Source of the DNA: Octopus vulgaris
Taxonomy: Eukaryota
Assembly: GCA_951406725.2 (NCBI GenBank)
Contig: OX597825.1
Coordinates: 46,810,001-46,874,000 of the forward strand
Direction of reading: 5' to 3'
Length of the DNA: 64,000 bases
Below, one piece after another: positions 23,867-36,116 of the stretch. Both the position numbers and the translations under genes were made by a program. The notes under the pieces are model-generated. The model had not been told where the DNA came from. It did no database searches and saw nothing but the letters and a program-made list of their open reading frames with translations. How positions within the stretch are numbered: the stretch's first letter is position 1; each line of letters starts with the position of its first letter.

Positions 23867-25127
23867 CGAGGGACGTTCAATAAGCAATGTCCCTGACCCA
23901 CTTGCAGTTGTTTGATCTAGCATGTGCAATTATTCATATCTCTATAGATTAAGTGGCAAATTACAGCTCTGAACTAATTGTGGTTTCTGATTTACAGGTG
24001 TTTGAACTGAGTCAAGTGTGAAATGGAGCCTGTTGAGTGTCGAGCAGTCATCCGGTTTTTGCATTTGAAAAGATGCACACCAGGGGAGACTTTTGATGAA
24101 ATGAAAGTAACTTATGGTAATGATGCCCCATAATATGACCTTGTAAAACGCTGGCATCATGAATTCAAACATGGTCGAAACTCTGTGGAAACAGCTCCCA
24201 GATCTGGTCGCCCCCATTGATGAGGCATCTGTCCGTCAAGTTGAGACTGCCATTTTGGAAGATCGACGCATAACTATTCGCCAAATAGCCCATGAGGTCA
24301 AGATTAGTACCGGGTCTGTGGAAACTATCATTCATGACCATTTGCATATGCAAAAGGTGTCTGCCAGATGGATTCCCAGGTTGCTCACACCTTTCCAGAA
24401 GCAAGAACGCGTCGAATGCTCGAAGATGAATTTGGAGATGTGCCAAGAAGATGAGTCAAAATTTTTCAAAAGACTGATTACACAGGATGAAACCTGGGTC
24501 CATCACTATGATCCAGAGACCAAAGCCCAGTCAATGCAGTGGAAGCACCGTGACTCACCTCCTCCAAAGAAGGCAAGGGTGCAGCTCTCCGCTGGCAAGG
24601 TCATGCACACAGTCTTCTGGGACCAGGACGGAGTAGTGATAACAGATTTCCTGGCAAAGGGTACCACAATTACAGGAGCCTATTATGCTTCACTTTTGAG
24701 GAAATTAAGAGAAGCTATCAAAATCAAGTGGCGGGGCAAGATCAGCAAAGACACCCTCCTCCTGCAGGACAACGCTCCGGTCCACAACTCGCTTGTCGCC
24801 AGATCAGAAGCACAGGCGTGCGTCTATGAACTTCTCCCCACCCCCCTACTCTCCTGACCTTGCACCCTCTGATTTTCACCTCTTCCCAGCCATGAAGTTG
24901 TTTTTGAAAGGAAAGCGTTTCCCAGATGATACAGCTTTGATTTCTGAAGTCACGTCGTGGTTGGAGGACCAAGCTGGGGTCTTCTACAAAAACGGTCTCC
25001 AGAGCTGCATCAAACGATGGGAGAAATGCGTAACTCTGGGTGGTTCCTATGTAGAAAAAGACTAATAACTGTGCCAAGTTTCGTAAGAAATATGGGGCCA
25101 GGGGCATTACTTATTGAACGCCCATCG
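23867..25127 (+). mobile_element. Mariner DNA transposon (family 2), near full length
   Basis: TIRs CGAGGGACGTTCAATAAGCAATGTCCCTG / CAGGGGCATTACTTATTGAACGCCCATCG. Left TA present; right TA mutated to CA. Confidence 0.93.
24023..25065 (+). pseudogene. Mariner DD34D transposase pseudogene
   Basis: MEPVECRAVIRFL start, WIPRLL, TQDETWVHHYDPETK, LLQDNAP, YSPDLAPSDF, ending GGSYVEKD*. One stop and frameshifts. Confidence 0.9.
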
Positions 25128-26551
25128 CATATCCTTGTATTGGATATATAATATAACGAAGCGGTAGGGAAGAAAGTATATACATGACGCACTACCATTA
25201 CTATCTCACGAGACTCCACACTCTATATTAAAAGCTCAAAGTGAACTGCTGTCAAGTCTTGTGGCGGGGTCAACACAATCTGGTTCCTTCCTTCTCAATC
25301 AGTCTGTTAAATTCCTTTAGCTTCTTTTTCTCCATTTTCACCTCTCGAACCTGTAGTACGTCTGCAATTAAACTTCTTCCAGTTGCTGCAGCATAGCTGC
25401 CGGATGGAACTGGTTCGCTTTCTATCTTTCCTTTTTTCACTACTTCACCCATAAATGGGGAAGAAAACAATTATAAATACAGCAAAAAAACAAAACAAAC
25501 AAACAACAACAACAAAAAAAAGCAGCAACTAACAATTCAAAACTTCAACAGTGAGGTTAAACAATAGGTTCGCCCTTGGAGGAAACCTTTAACAATTAAT
25601 AACAATATGACTTACGTCTAAAAAGGATCAAACAATGGTTAACTCGAAAAAAATGCGTAGCAACGCTATTATTCTTTGTTTTGGTACTACGGCCATAACA
25701 CAGAGGGGATAGCGAAAGGACAGACATGACACTACTGTGGGGGATATAAAACATAGAACGAACGAATGAAGGATGGATTATAATAATGGAGGTGAAATGG
25801 CTGCATACTCCCCACTCGCAAGCAGTATCATTTTAAATGTTTTAGTTAAATGATTTTATCTTTTTTCTCCTTTTTCCTTTTTTGTATCAGTTTTATAGTC
25901 ATTAAATTCCGAACAATTTGCTTCCTTTTTTCCCTCTTTTTTCACCATTTTATGTACGGTATTAGGTCCTCATAATCTATCACTGGCGGCAAGTCATCGA
26001 ATTCCACGCGTACTCCTGCTGGGTCTATATTATTTCCAAATAATTCTCTCAATCACTAGAATTGAACCCTAGGCGTAAGAAATATAAAGACTCTGAGCGG
26101 AGTTCAATTCTCAAAAGGGGAGAAGTGAAGGGAGACTGATTCTAAAAATGGGAGATGTGGAAGGATTCCGTCCCTCCCTCCACCGAGTGACTAAAGGTGG
26201 ACTAACTCATAGTTATATAAAAAAGAACTGGGAGCGATTGACAGTCCGGGTTGGGGAGCAGTTCATTGTGAACCTTTGATAGAGAGCGTTGAGTCTCGTG
26301 TAATAGTAATAGTAGTGCATCGTGTAAATTCTTTCATTCCTCTCTACTTCTTTATGTTATATATCCAACATACAAGGACATAAAAGTTTGGTACTTTGAT
26401 GTTGAATGTCTCCCATGATAATTAATAACCAATTGCCAAAGTTTATAATGTGCGGAAAGAGACCCTGTGAGACCTCTGTCAGCAGGCTGCTGTCCGCTTT
26501 CACAGAATGTACCAGAGCAAACAAGATAGAGCGCTCAGAGAAGTAAAATGA

Positions 26552-26552
<1 letters not shown>

Positions 26553-26612
<60 letters not shown>
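26553..26612. repeat. (GAT)n microsatellite
   Basis: Directly visible. Confidence 0.95.
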
Positions 26613-26613
<1 letters not shown>

Positions 26614-27133
26614 ATAGAAGACACCGGGGACGTTTAACATGTGAGAGCGATAAAACACTGCTCGGAAATTTATCCAAAATCATCGGAAATAAAGACATCG
26701 CATGGAGGCAAAAAAAATAATTGACAATGGTTTGGACTATATCCGAGTAAGTAATACTCATTGAAATTTATTTCTATTTTCCAAATGAAATGATGTATTT
26801 TTAACTGGATATCATCTCCACTGCTCACACAGCACATGTAAACATTCTTGATACATTACGATCCACCAACACTAGACCATCTCCGGCCCCAAACACCATG
26901 TACAAAAAAATTACAAAAAAATTAAATAATACCGGTATTATTCAACACAAGAATAACAATCGGGAAGTGCGTACTTTAAACTTGTTACACAAAAAGTAAG
27001 AAAAACTACACGTGCAAAACAATTTGACAACAGAAATGAACGGACCGGTACCCTACGAAAATGATGACCGTCAAAATAAAGGGCCGGACGTTGTTCCTCA
27101 TGTCCCGCAAATAAAACCAAAAAGGCATAAATA

Positions 27134-28186
27134 CGAGGGGCGTTCAATAAGTAATGCCCCTGACCCACTTCCCATAGCAGTAGAGCAACGAAACTTGGCA
27201 CAGTTATTAGTCTTTTTCTACTTAGGAACCACCCAGAATTACGCATTTCTCCCATCGTTTGATGCAGCTCCGGAGACCGTTTTTGTAGAAGACCTCAGCT
27301 TGGTCCTCCAACCACGACGTGACTTCAGAAATCAAAGCTGCATCATCTGGGAAATGTTTTCCTTTCAAAAACAACTTCATGGCTGGGAAGAGGTGAAAAC
27401 CAGAGGGTGCAAGGTCAGTTTTATAGTCATTAAATTCCGAACAATTTGCTTCCTTTTTCCCCTCTTTTTTCACCATTTTATGTACGGTATTAGGTCCTCA
27501 TAATCTATCACTGGCGGCAAGTCATCGAACTCCACGCGTACTCCTGCTGGGTCTATATTATTTCCAAATAATTCTCTCAATCACTAGAATTGAACCCTAG
27601 GCGTAAGAAATATAAATAGATGGGGGAGGAGTTAATAGCCATACGCCTGTGCTTCTGATCTGGCGACAAGCGAGTTGTGGACCGGAGCGTTGTCCTGCAG
27701 GAGGAGGATGCCTTTGCTGATCTTGCTCCGCCTCTTGATTTTGATAGCTTATCTTAATTTCCTCAAAAGTGAAGCATAATAGGCTCCTGTAATTGTGGTA
27801 CCCTTTGCCAGGAAATCTGTCAACACTACTCCGTCCTGGTCCCAGAAGACTGTGAGCATGACCTTGCCAGCGGAGGGCTGCACCCTTGCCTTCTTTGGAG
27901 GAGGTGAGTCACGGTGCTTCCACTGGATCATAGTGATGGACCCAGGTTTCATCCTGTGTTATCAGTCTTTTTAAAAATTTTGACTCATCTTCTTGGCACA
28001 TCTCCAAATTCATCCTCGAGCACTCGACGCGTTCTTGCTGCTGGAAAGGTGTGAGCAACCTGGGAATCCATCTGACAGACACCTTTTGCATATGCAAATG
28101 GTCATGAATGATAGTTTCCACAGACCCGGTACTAATCTTGACCTCATGGGCTATTTGGCGAATAGTTATGCGTTGAACGCCCCTCG
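27134..28186 (-). mobile_element. Mariner family 2, internally deleted, with a 202-bp filler insertion
   Basis: TA flanks at 27132-27133 and 28187-28188. The 5' TIR is fused to the mid-ORF at ~28172. Foreign DNA occupies 27415-27616. Confidence 0.9.
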
Positions 28187-30144
28187 TAGACACGTGAGGA
28201 ATATATTTCAATCCTACACGCTTACTTTACTTTACTTTCAGTCCTACACGCTTACTTTACAGCAGTGCTCTACTCCAAAAACGAAAACACCACAACATAT
28301 ACATATAAAATAACCTAAATATCAAATATAAATATAAAATAACCTAAATAAGGACTTGGATACAGCAATGAACCCTAATAAACTAGCTAACATACGAATA
28401 TATATTCCCAAAGAAAAAATATCAGAAATAGAAATTGAACATTTAAAAGGAAAAATACACCAGGATAATGTAGATAGTAGCCACACAACAATGCCAAATA
28501 ATAGTAAAACACGAAGACAGACGTAACATTTCCAACAAAAACGAAGTAAACAACAAAAGACAACAAACCCAGACCGTAGGGATGTATAATAATGTACAAA
28601 AGGCACCAATCTAGAACACCACAGACAAACATATGAATGAGAAGGAAGGCGAAACAAATCTAAAACATGGAGACAACGAAGGGGAACCTAATGATTATGA
28701 TACTATAAGAATGAGAATAATCAAAGAACTGAAAACCACAGATCTCATAATGGACCACCGACTATACCTCCTCAAAATCAAAAATAGACACTAAAACATC
28801 TCTCTATATATAAAAGGCAGTTTGTCTGTCTGTGTGTCTGTCAGGTTGTACCCTCACCCTGACCACGGCTTTCAACCGATTCTGATGAAACTTGACACAC
28901 ACATAGTCCAATGTCATAATTCAAAACTAACGCAGCGAAAATTTTGAAAAGTACCCCCAGGTTTGAAAATAATTCATAAATTCGACATGGGATCGAGAAT
29001 CTAAGCTTATCATATGCAACACATTTTCCATTGTAGTTTTCGCAACTTGCAATCGATTTTCACCAAACTTAATTCTGACGTTAGTTTTCCATGCAATACC
29101 ATCAGAAAAATCGATAAAATCATGCCATTTGGGGAAATCGCGTTCAAATTCAAGATGACATATTTTCGACAATATCTTTAACAAATTGGCAGGAATTTGT
29201 TTTGAAATTCACAGCGAGCATCATGTCTGCTCCAAGGAGCTATATGGCCCTTTTGATTCCAATAGGATACTTTATTACTGGAAAAAATCGGTTAATTACA
29301 TCATATGTGGCACACATAGCAAACCGATTTTTCTGCGATATTTTTTGAAAGTTTACATAGATTTTCCCTACACCGATGTTGGACATCAAGTTTGCATTAA
29401 ATGTCAAACTAACAACCTTTTGTCAATGCAGTTAACAAGTATTGGGAGAAATCGACAAAACCATATCACTTTGAGACCGACCATGCGAACCCTACAAAAC
29501 TGACTTTTGTTAAATAGTTGGCGGATTTCAGGCGATTTAGTCGATTTTTGCCGCTTTTATCATAAAGGTTACTGGAAATGGCATATGTTTTCCTTTTGCT
29601 TCAAATCCGAGCAATGTTGGGCTGTAGATGCGTTTGCGGTTGTGTGCGCACGTGCGCGCGTGTCCTTGACACGATGATTGCAGCTCTTACCATTGGCTCC
29701 CCAAACGGTGAACAATGCTCTCAATTAAACACCCTTTGGCCAATCACATGCGCTGACACACTCAGTTGTGCGCGTAGAGTTTGTGACTCCTACTTCTTCT
29801 CTCGGTTCATACCCGCGCGCTTCACACGTTGGCCTACTTCTGTTAATCGCTGCTGCAACCGCAAGTTATTCGAATACTTTTTTTGTTTAAACTTTCTTTA
29901 TAACTACCACCCCAAACGTTTTACCTTAAATTTTTGACGTACCCTAAGGGTCCTCGGACGCTACTTGCAAACTCTTGGTTTATTATAAGCCACTTTTGTC
30001 GTGTGCACCAAAAAACCTTTTCCATTCGTTTGTTCAGTTTGGTCACTTTTTTTCCGTTTTTGTACATTTTTATACATTTTGGGATACTTACCCCACGTGT
30101 TCCTTTTTATTACACCTTTGCCAAACACATTGCTATCCACCAAA

Positions 30145-31140
30145 ATGCCACCCAAGAAGAGAAGGACCCTCCTCAGCCCTCGGACGGCCAAAGCATCGGC
30201 TGCTAGGGCTAGAAGGGCACGCGAGACCCACGAGGAAACCGCCTTGCGCCTCTCGCAAAAAGTTTCCCGTTCTGCCCGACTTGCAAGGGCCGCAGCGTAC
30301 AGATCTTCCCTTCGCTCGAGGTTGACGAAAGAGCAACAGTCCAGCCAAAACATGCGGGCTTCTTCCTGTGCTTCCATCCGCAGAGCTCGCGAGAACCCCG
30401 AACATAGGGCCATTCGGAATGCGGCTAACGCCGCTAGCACCGCCAGGACACGATCTGTCGAAACCCCACAACAGAGGAGAACTCGCCAAGCTGCTGATGC
30501 CGCAAACACAGCCATGGCCCGATCTGCTGAAACACCTCAACAGAAGAGAGCTCGCCAAGCTGCTGACGCCGCAAACACAGCTACGGCTCGATCTGCCGAA
30601 ACACCTCAACAGAAGAGAGCTTGCCAAGCTGCTGACGCCGCAAACACAGCCATGGCCTGATCTGCCGAAACACCATAACAGAGGAGAGCTCGCCAAGCTG
30701 CTAACGCCGCAAACACAGCCATGGCTCGATGTGCCGAAACTCCAGACCAACGAACTATTCGGACATCCAGAGATGCCATTAACACTGCTTCTGCTAGGGC
30801 TTCAGAGAGTGCTGAGGCGAGAGCTGAAAGGCTTTCAAGGGATGCCACTGTTACCGCTGTCGCACGCGCATCTCAATCTGCAGAGGCACGGCGCACTCGA
30901 CTTGAGAGTATCAACCAACGTTGGGATATCATTCGTGGTGTACGTACCCCTGCTCCCGCTTTCTGGTCGTCACTAGCATTCAACTACGACGCCATAATTA
31001 ACTTCTCCTTGTGTGACGACATCAAGATAGGGTCAATGACAATTGTGGGCTGTTCACGCGTTGGGAGGCGCAATGATGTTTTCATGTTTTCGCCCAAAGG
31101 GACAGCTAGGAACGTCGTATACACAGAAGTATTGGAGTGA
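30145..31140 (+). pseudogene. Helitron RepHel remnant: N-terminal repeat region fused in frame to the PIF1-helicase extreme C-terminus
   Basis: Single frame MPPKKRR..(ARSAETPQQKRARQAADAANTAM)n..LAFNYD..IKIGSMTIV|GCSRVG..TARNVVYTEVLE*. Two stops (30658-30660, 30676-30678). Confidence 0.75.
30420..30790 (+). repeat. 69-bp coding tandem repeat (23-aa unit, about 5 copies)
   Basis: CTCGCCAAGC recurs at 30482, 30551, 30620 and 30689. Confidence 0.9.
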
Positions 31141-34100
31141 AGAGAAGACGTTGCAACCTACACATGCGCCTTCGTTCCCTAGAGGGAAAAGACAAGATCG
31201 GGATTAGTCGTTGCCTACTAGAGGCTCCCGAGCCCCCTTTCGCTAGACTTAAGTTAGGATTAGGTAGGGCTTAGCTGTGGTCCAAACCAACTTGGGTTCG
31301 GGGGAGGGGCGGTGTCAAAAGGGCCGGCATGTGCAACCTTATCACCTCTGCCGGTCAAACTCCCAACCCATGCGTTCCCGTCGCGACACTGATCCCGCAG
31401 AACTGGGTTGGGTGTGCTAAACAAAACCAGAAAATGCACTTTGACTGTCATAGATTTTCTTCATGCATGCAAGGGAACGGTGCCTTGAATGCCTTAATGC
31501 ATTTTAGGCTTCATTTTACAAAATAACGGTTCAATGAGTACAAAAAAGGTAAAGGGCATTGCTTATCGACAAAGTTTCTTACATACCCGGGCAACGCCGG
31601 GCTATGCTGCTAGTCTATAATAAATAGCATAAACCTGGCCGTCACGGACAAATAGTCACAGAAACAAATAGCAATATCACTGAGCTAAATGACATAATAT
31701 ATGCAGCAGCCACTGCAGCTACAAAAGAAGCTGGATACTCCCTCAAACCCATCCAAACAGTAGTACCACCACCCAAATAAACCCTGTGGATAAATAATAT
31801 CAAAAAAAAAAAAGAAAAAGAGAAAAGATCTGTCGATTCTTAACGAAATTAGTAGGCAATCAACACTACTAAGTAACAAGAAAAAACAATACTGTGCTAA
31901 CCTCTACATTACAGAAAAAAATTACTTGAGGTAAAAGAAAAGCTAAAGCAAGATATCCTTGCCAAAACACAAAGGATCCGCTGGTATGAGAAACGCCAAC
32001 GTTTCATTGGACAAAACAAACAATTCAACTCCAACCCCCAAAAGTTCTACCAAGAACTTGGCGAAAATAAAATAGACATCACTGCTGCACCAACAGCAGA
32101 AGTGGAAGAATTTTGGAAAGAAATATGGTCGATGAAGGAACAACCACAGAAAAGGACTATTAAAGCAACGAACTTAGCAGCTGAGCAACTCTGGACCCCT
32201 ATAACAACTGAAGAGGTCACCAAGGCACTGCAAAGACTAAGCAACTGGAAGGCACCTGGGCACGACAAGATCCCCAACTTCTGGTTAAAATATCTGACAG
32301 GAATACACAAAAAGCTGGCTGAAAACTTTAACGACATACTAGCAGAACCAGAGATAATGCCTGAATAGCTCACCAAAGGGAAAACTATCCTAATTCCCAA
32401 ATCCACTGAAAGCACAAAACTATAACCTGTCTCCATACAACGTACAAAGCCTTTACTGCAGTAATATCGCAAAGATTGAGTAAGCATCTGGGAGAAAACA
32501 ACCTGTTTCCAGAAGAGCAGATGGGATGCTGTAAGGGCTCATACGGCTGTAAAGATCAACTAATGATCAATAAAGCCATTACTGAAGACAGCCGCAGAAA
32601 GAAGAAAGGCCTCAATATGGCCTGGATCGACTACCGAAAGGCTTTTGATAGTATTCCCCACACGCGGATCCTCGAAACACAAGCCATGAAAAGATAGTAC
32701 CAATAATTATAAAATACATAAGACACTCTATGAATAAATGGCAGACGGTGCTAAAGCTCCAAACAAAAGAGGGACTCGTGAAAACCAAAGCCATCCCCAT
32801 CAGAAGAGGAATGTTCCAGGGAGACATTCCTTTTCTGCTTGGCACTGACACCTCTATCTGACATGCTAAATAGAATGGATGCAGATACAAATGTTACGGC
32901 AAAACAAGCAGCTACCTTTTATATACGGATGACTTAAAACTATACGCTACAAATGACAAACAGCTGGAAACACTACTACAGACAGTACATGGATTTACCA
33001 AAGAAATATATATGAAATTTGAATTAGAAAAATGTGCTAAAGCAACCCTGAAAAGAGGAAAACTAGTTAAGAGTAGCAGCATCACACTAGATAAAGCCAA
33101 TGAAATAAGAGAATTAGACCTAAGCTAGACATACAAATATTTAGGAATCCATGAACTAGATATGATACAACACACACAAATGAAAAAGAAAATAAAGAAA
33201 GAATACTATAGATGAGAGTTAGATCAATACTAAAAACAGAGCTCAATGCTAAAAACAAGATAATATGTATTAACACGTTAGCCGTCTCAGTTATCAGTTA
33301 CAGCTACAATATCCTTAACTGGACACTAAATGAACTAACGAAAATAGATAGGAAAACAAGAAAAATAATGTCAGGATCTAGGATGCACCACCCAAAATCT
33401 GACATAGAAAGGCTATATATACAACGTATAGAAGGTGGTAGAGGCCTTATACAGCTGGAAAACTATTATAAAATAACCACCACAGGACTGCAAAAATACC
33501 TACTTCAGAAGCAAGGAAAACTAATACAAATAGCCCCAAAACACAAGCAAAACAAAAAAACTGTTCTCAGTATTTAAGGAAGCTGACAAATACAAACAAG
33601 AAATCATACTACCTAACAAATATGAAGAAGAAACAACATAGCTATAAAACAAATGAAATCCAAACAAATGAAATCCAAAACTAGAACAACAACGGACCAT
33701 GATAAAACGATGGCAAGAAAAGCTCCTTCATGGTAAATACTAGGCCAAAATAAATGCAAAAGAAATAGACAGAAAAATCCCAGCAATTGTTGAGAAGCTC
33801 AGGACTCAAAGTAGAGACAGAGGGATTTTTAATTGCTGTACAAGGCCAAAGCCTCCCCACCAGAAATTACCAAAAAAATATAATGTAAAGAAATATAACA
33901 AGTAACTGCAGAATATATGGAGATGGACAAGAAACAATAAATCATATTATCTCCGGCTGCCCAGTCCTGGCTAAGAAGGAATATATGCACAGACACGATT
34001 GAGTTGGGACCTACATACACTGGAAGCTATGCCAACACTATGGAATAACAGCAGAAAAAAGAGGGTATAGGCACACACTAGAAAAGGTCACAGAAAACGA

Positions 34101-34571
34101 GAAAGCAACCATACTTTGGGATATGCCAATACACACAGATAGAGAAATTAAGGCCAATAGGCTAGATATAGTTGTCAGAGATCATGAAGAAAACAATGCT
34201 TTCTAATTGATGTATCAATACCAGCAGATGACAACGTTTCTCTAAAAGAAATGGAGAAACTTTCAAAATACAAAGACCTGGAAATAGAGGTAACTCGAAT
34301 GTGGTATCTAAAAACAAAAACAATTCCTATCATAGTAGGCGCATTAAGTATGATAAAAAATATTCAGACAAATACATAACAAAAACACCAGGACTTACAA
34401 ATATATATAACATACAGAAAATTGCACTACTGGGCACTGCACACATCCTACACAAAACCCTTTCAATACAGTAACCATAAGAGCATCACAGCAAACCACA
34501 GCACAGACCCAAGGCACACAGCGCTGCGCTCGGTAGTGAAGAGAAAGAACGCTATAAAAATAAAACTACTG

Positions 34572-34584
34572 AATAATAATAATG

Positions 34585-34630
<46 letters not shown>

Positions 34631-34649
34631 TGATGATGATGATGATGAT
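34572..34649. repeat. (AAT)n-(GAT)n tail/target of the Dong-like LINE
   Basis: Directly follows the 3' UTR. Confidence 0.9.
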
Positions 34650-35039
34650 ATGCCCCAAAATAGCTGTTTGGAACAACCCACATCTTGCACAAGGCAATCA
34701 ATTCAATAGAATTAATTATGATTCAATAGAACAGCTCAAATAGAGAAATCTTCACACACAACACACGCCCAATACAACAAGCATCTAATAAGCGAAAACA
34801 TCACAACTTACGCAACATATGGTATACAAGATTAAGGCCTAATAAAATAACACTACTCATAGTATACACACTGCACATAATAACGCACACAAGAAACAAG
34901 AAACTAAACCCCGTGAAATAAACTGGTGCAGTACACCAACAGGAGGAGTCTATACCCATTCAGTCTCTGTAAAATAAGAACATAATGCCGCACACAATTT
35001 AGGGACATGGTGGTGCAACAAGTCGTGTTGCAGAAATAC

Positions 35040-36116
35040 GCACATCTTTGATGTTGCCCTTCAGAGTTGAAGGTCTGCCCATTCAAGGAATTTTTGAAGA
35101 GAACGAAACAAGTGGAAATCTGAAGGCATAAAGTTGGGTAAATATGGAGAGTGGGGGGAAAACTTCGCAACAATTCCCATGATCTTATGTCACGTTTACA
35201 AAATGTGTGCAGTCTTGCATTGTGATGAAAGACAATGCCCTTGTGATTAACAAGTGCTGAACGCTTCTGATAGATCACTGCGTTTATATCGTGCAGCTCG
35301 TCAGAAGTACACAAAGGAAATGATGGTCCAGTTCGTGGGAAGAAGCTCGTAAAATGACCACTCTTCAAATCCCACCAAATTGAAAGCATAAACTTGTTCG
35401 GGTGAAGTCCTGCTGTGAAAGTTCTTTATGATGATTCGCTGCACACTCCCCATGATGATTGTATTTCACATTGTTATTAATGATTCATTTGTGTGCCTTG
35501 TCACCATTCTCTTCAAAAAAATATATATTCTTCACCTTTCTGCAGTGAAATAATAATGTGGAAAAACATTGGGTGGGGTTAGCGTCATTCAATTGATGTG
35601 GGACTCAAACATCGAGCCTGCTAACATAACCAAGTTGATGCAGATAGTTTTCAACACGCGATTTATATATTTGGAGAATATCTGCGATAATCCTGCTTGT
35701 ATAATGGAGACAGGCTTTGACTAACTCCTTCATTTTGTCGCTGTTAAACTCACTTGACCGGTCAGTGGGAGGTGCATCTTGAACCGAAAAATTTCTCGAT
35801 TGAAATCTCGAAAAGCACATCTGACACACACGTTCCATTACAACATCCTTTCCGTACACAGCGCATATCTTCCTGCAGGTTTCTGCTGCTTTCTTGCCTT
35901 AAAAAAAAACATGAGATGTCGATAATGTTCTTCTTGGTTCTCCCTTTTCCGGGAGATCCCAAGCACACAAAGACAGTTTCTCTGGTCCAAAGTTCGTGTC
36001 AAACTACGTTTAAGTGTCAAGTATCTAACGAGTGTGCATTGAATGGGCAAACTGAATTAAGATGCTTGAAGTTTAGTGTCGACAAAAATTGAAAGGACTT
36101 TTTGACCAACTCAGTA
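35040..36116 (-). mobile_element. Decayed mariner (family 3)
   Basis: YGKDVVMERVCQMCFSRFQSRNFSVQDAP, LGYVSRLDV*VPHQL, MLSIWWD, VFHHNARLH and L.NSLNGQTF. TIR-like end at ~36092-36116. Confidence 0.78.

Larger units (their letters stand above)
28799..31613 (+). mobile_element. Helitron, non-autonomous internal-deletion derivative
   Basis: 5' TC(TCTCTATATATAAAAG), subterminal hairpin CCCGG-GCAACG-CCGGG (31586-31601), 3' CTAG. Inserted between A28798 and T31614 with no TSD. Removing it restores the host LINE frame K-T-S-I-I. Confidence 0.92.
26870..34571 (+). mobile_element. Dong/R4-like RLE LINE (family 1), near full length, hosting a mariner and a Helitron
   Basis: N-terminal KRHK|*TREEYISILHAY..MNPNKLANIR. 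RT: NWKAPGHDKIPNFW, EEQMGC..GCKDQL, AWIDYRKAFDSIPH, FQGD, YTDDLKL. CCHC-like CRIY..ETINHIISGC. RLE RLDIV..LIDVSIP..K..KY. 3' UTR ends in (AAT)n. 5' boundary approximate. Confidence 0.88.

Noticed and set aside
29961-30976. Overlapping antisense and alternative-frame ORFs in the Helitron
   Set aside because: They are by-products of the GC-rich 69-bp repeat.
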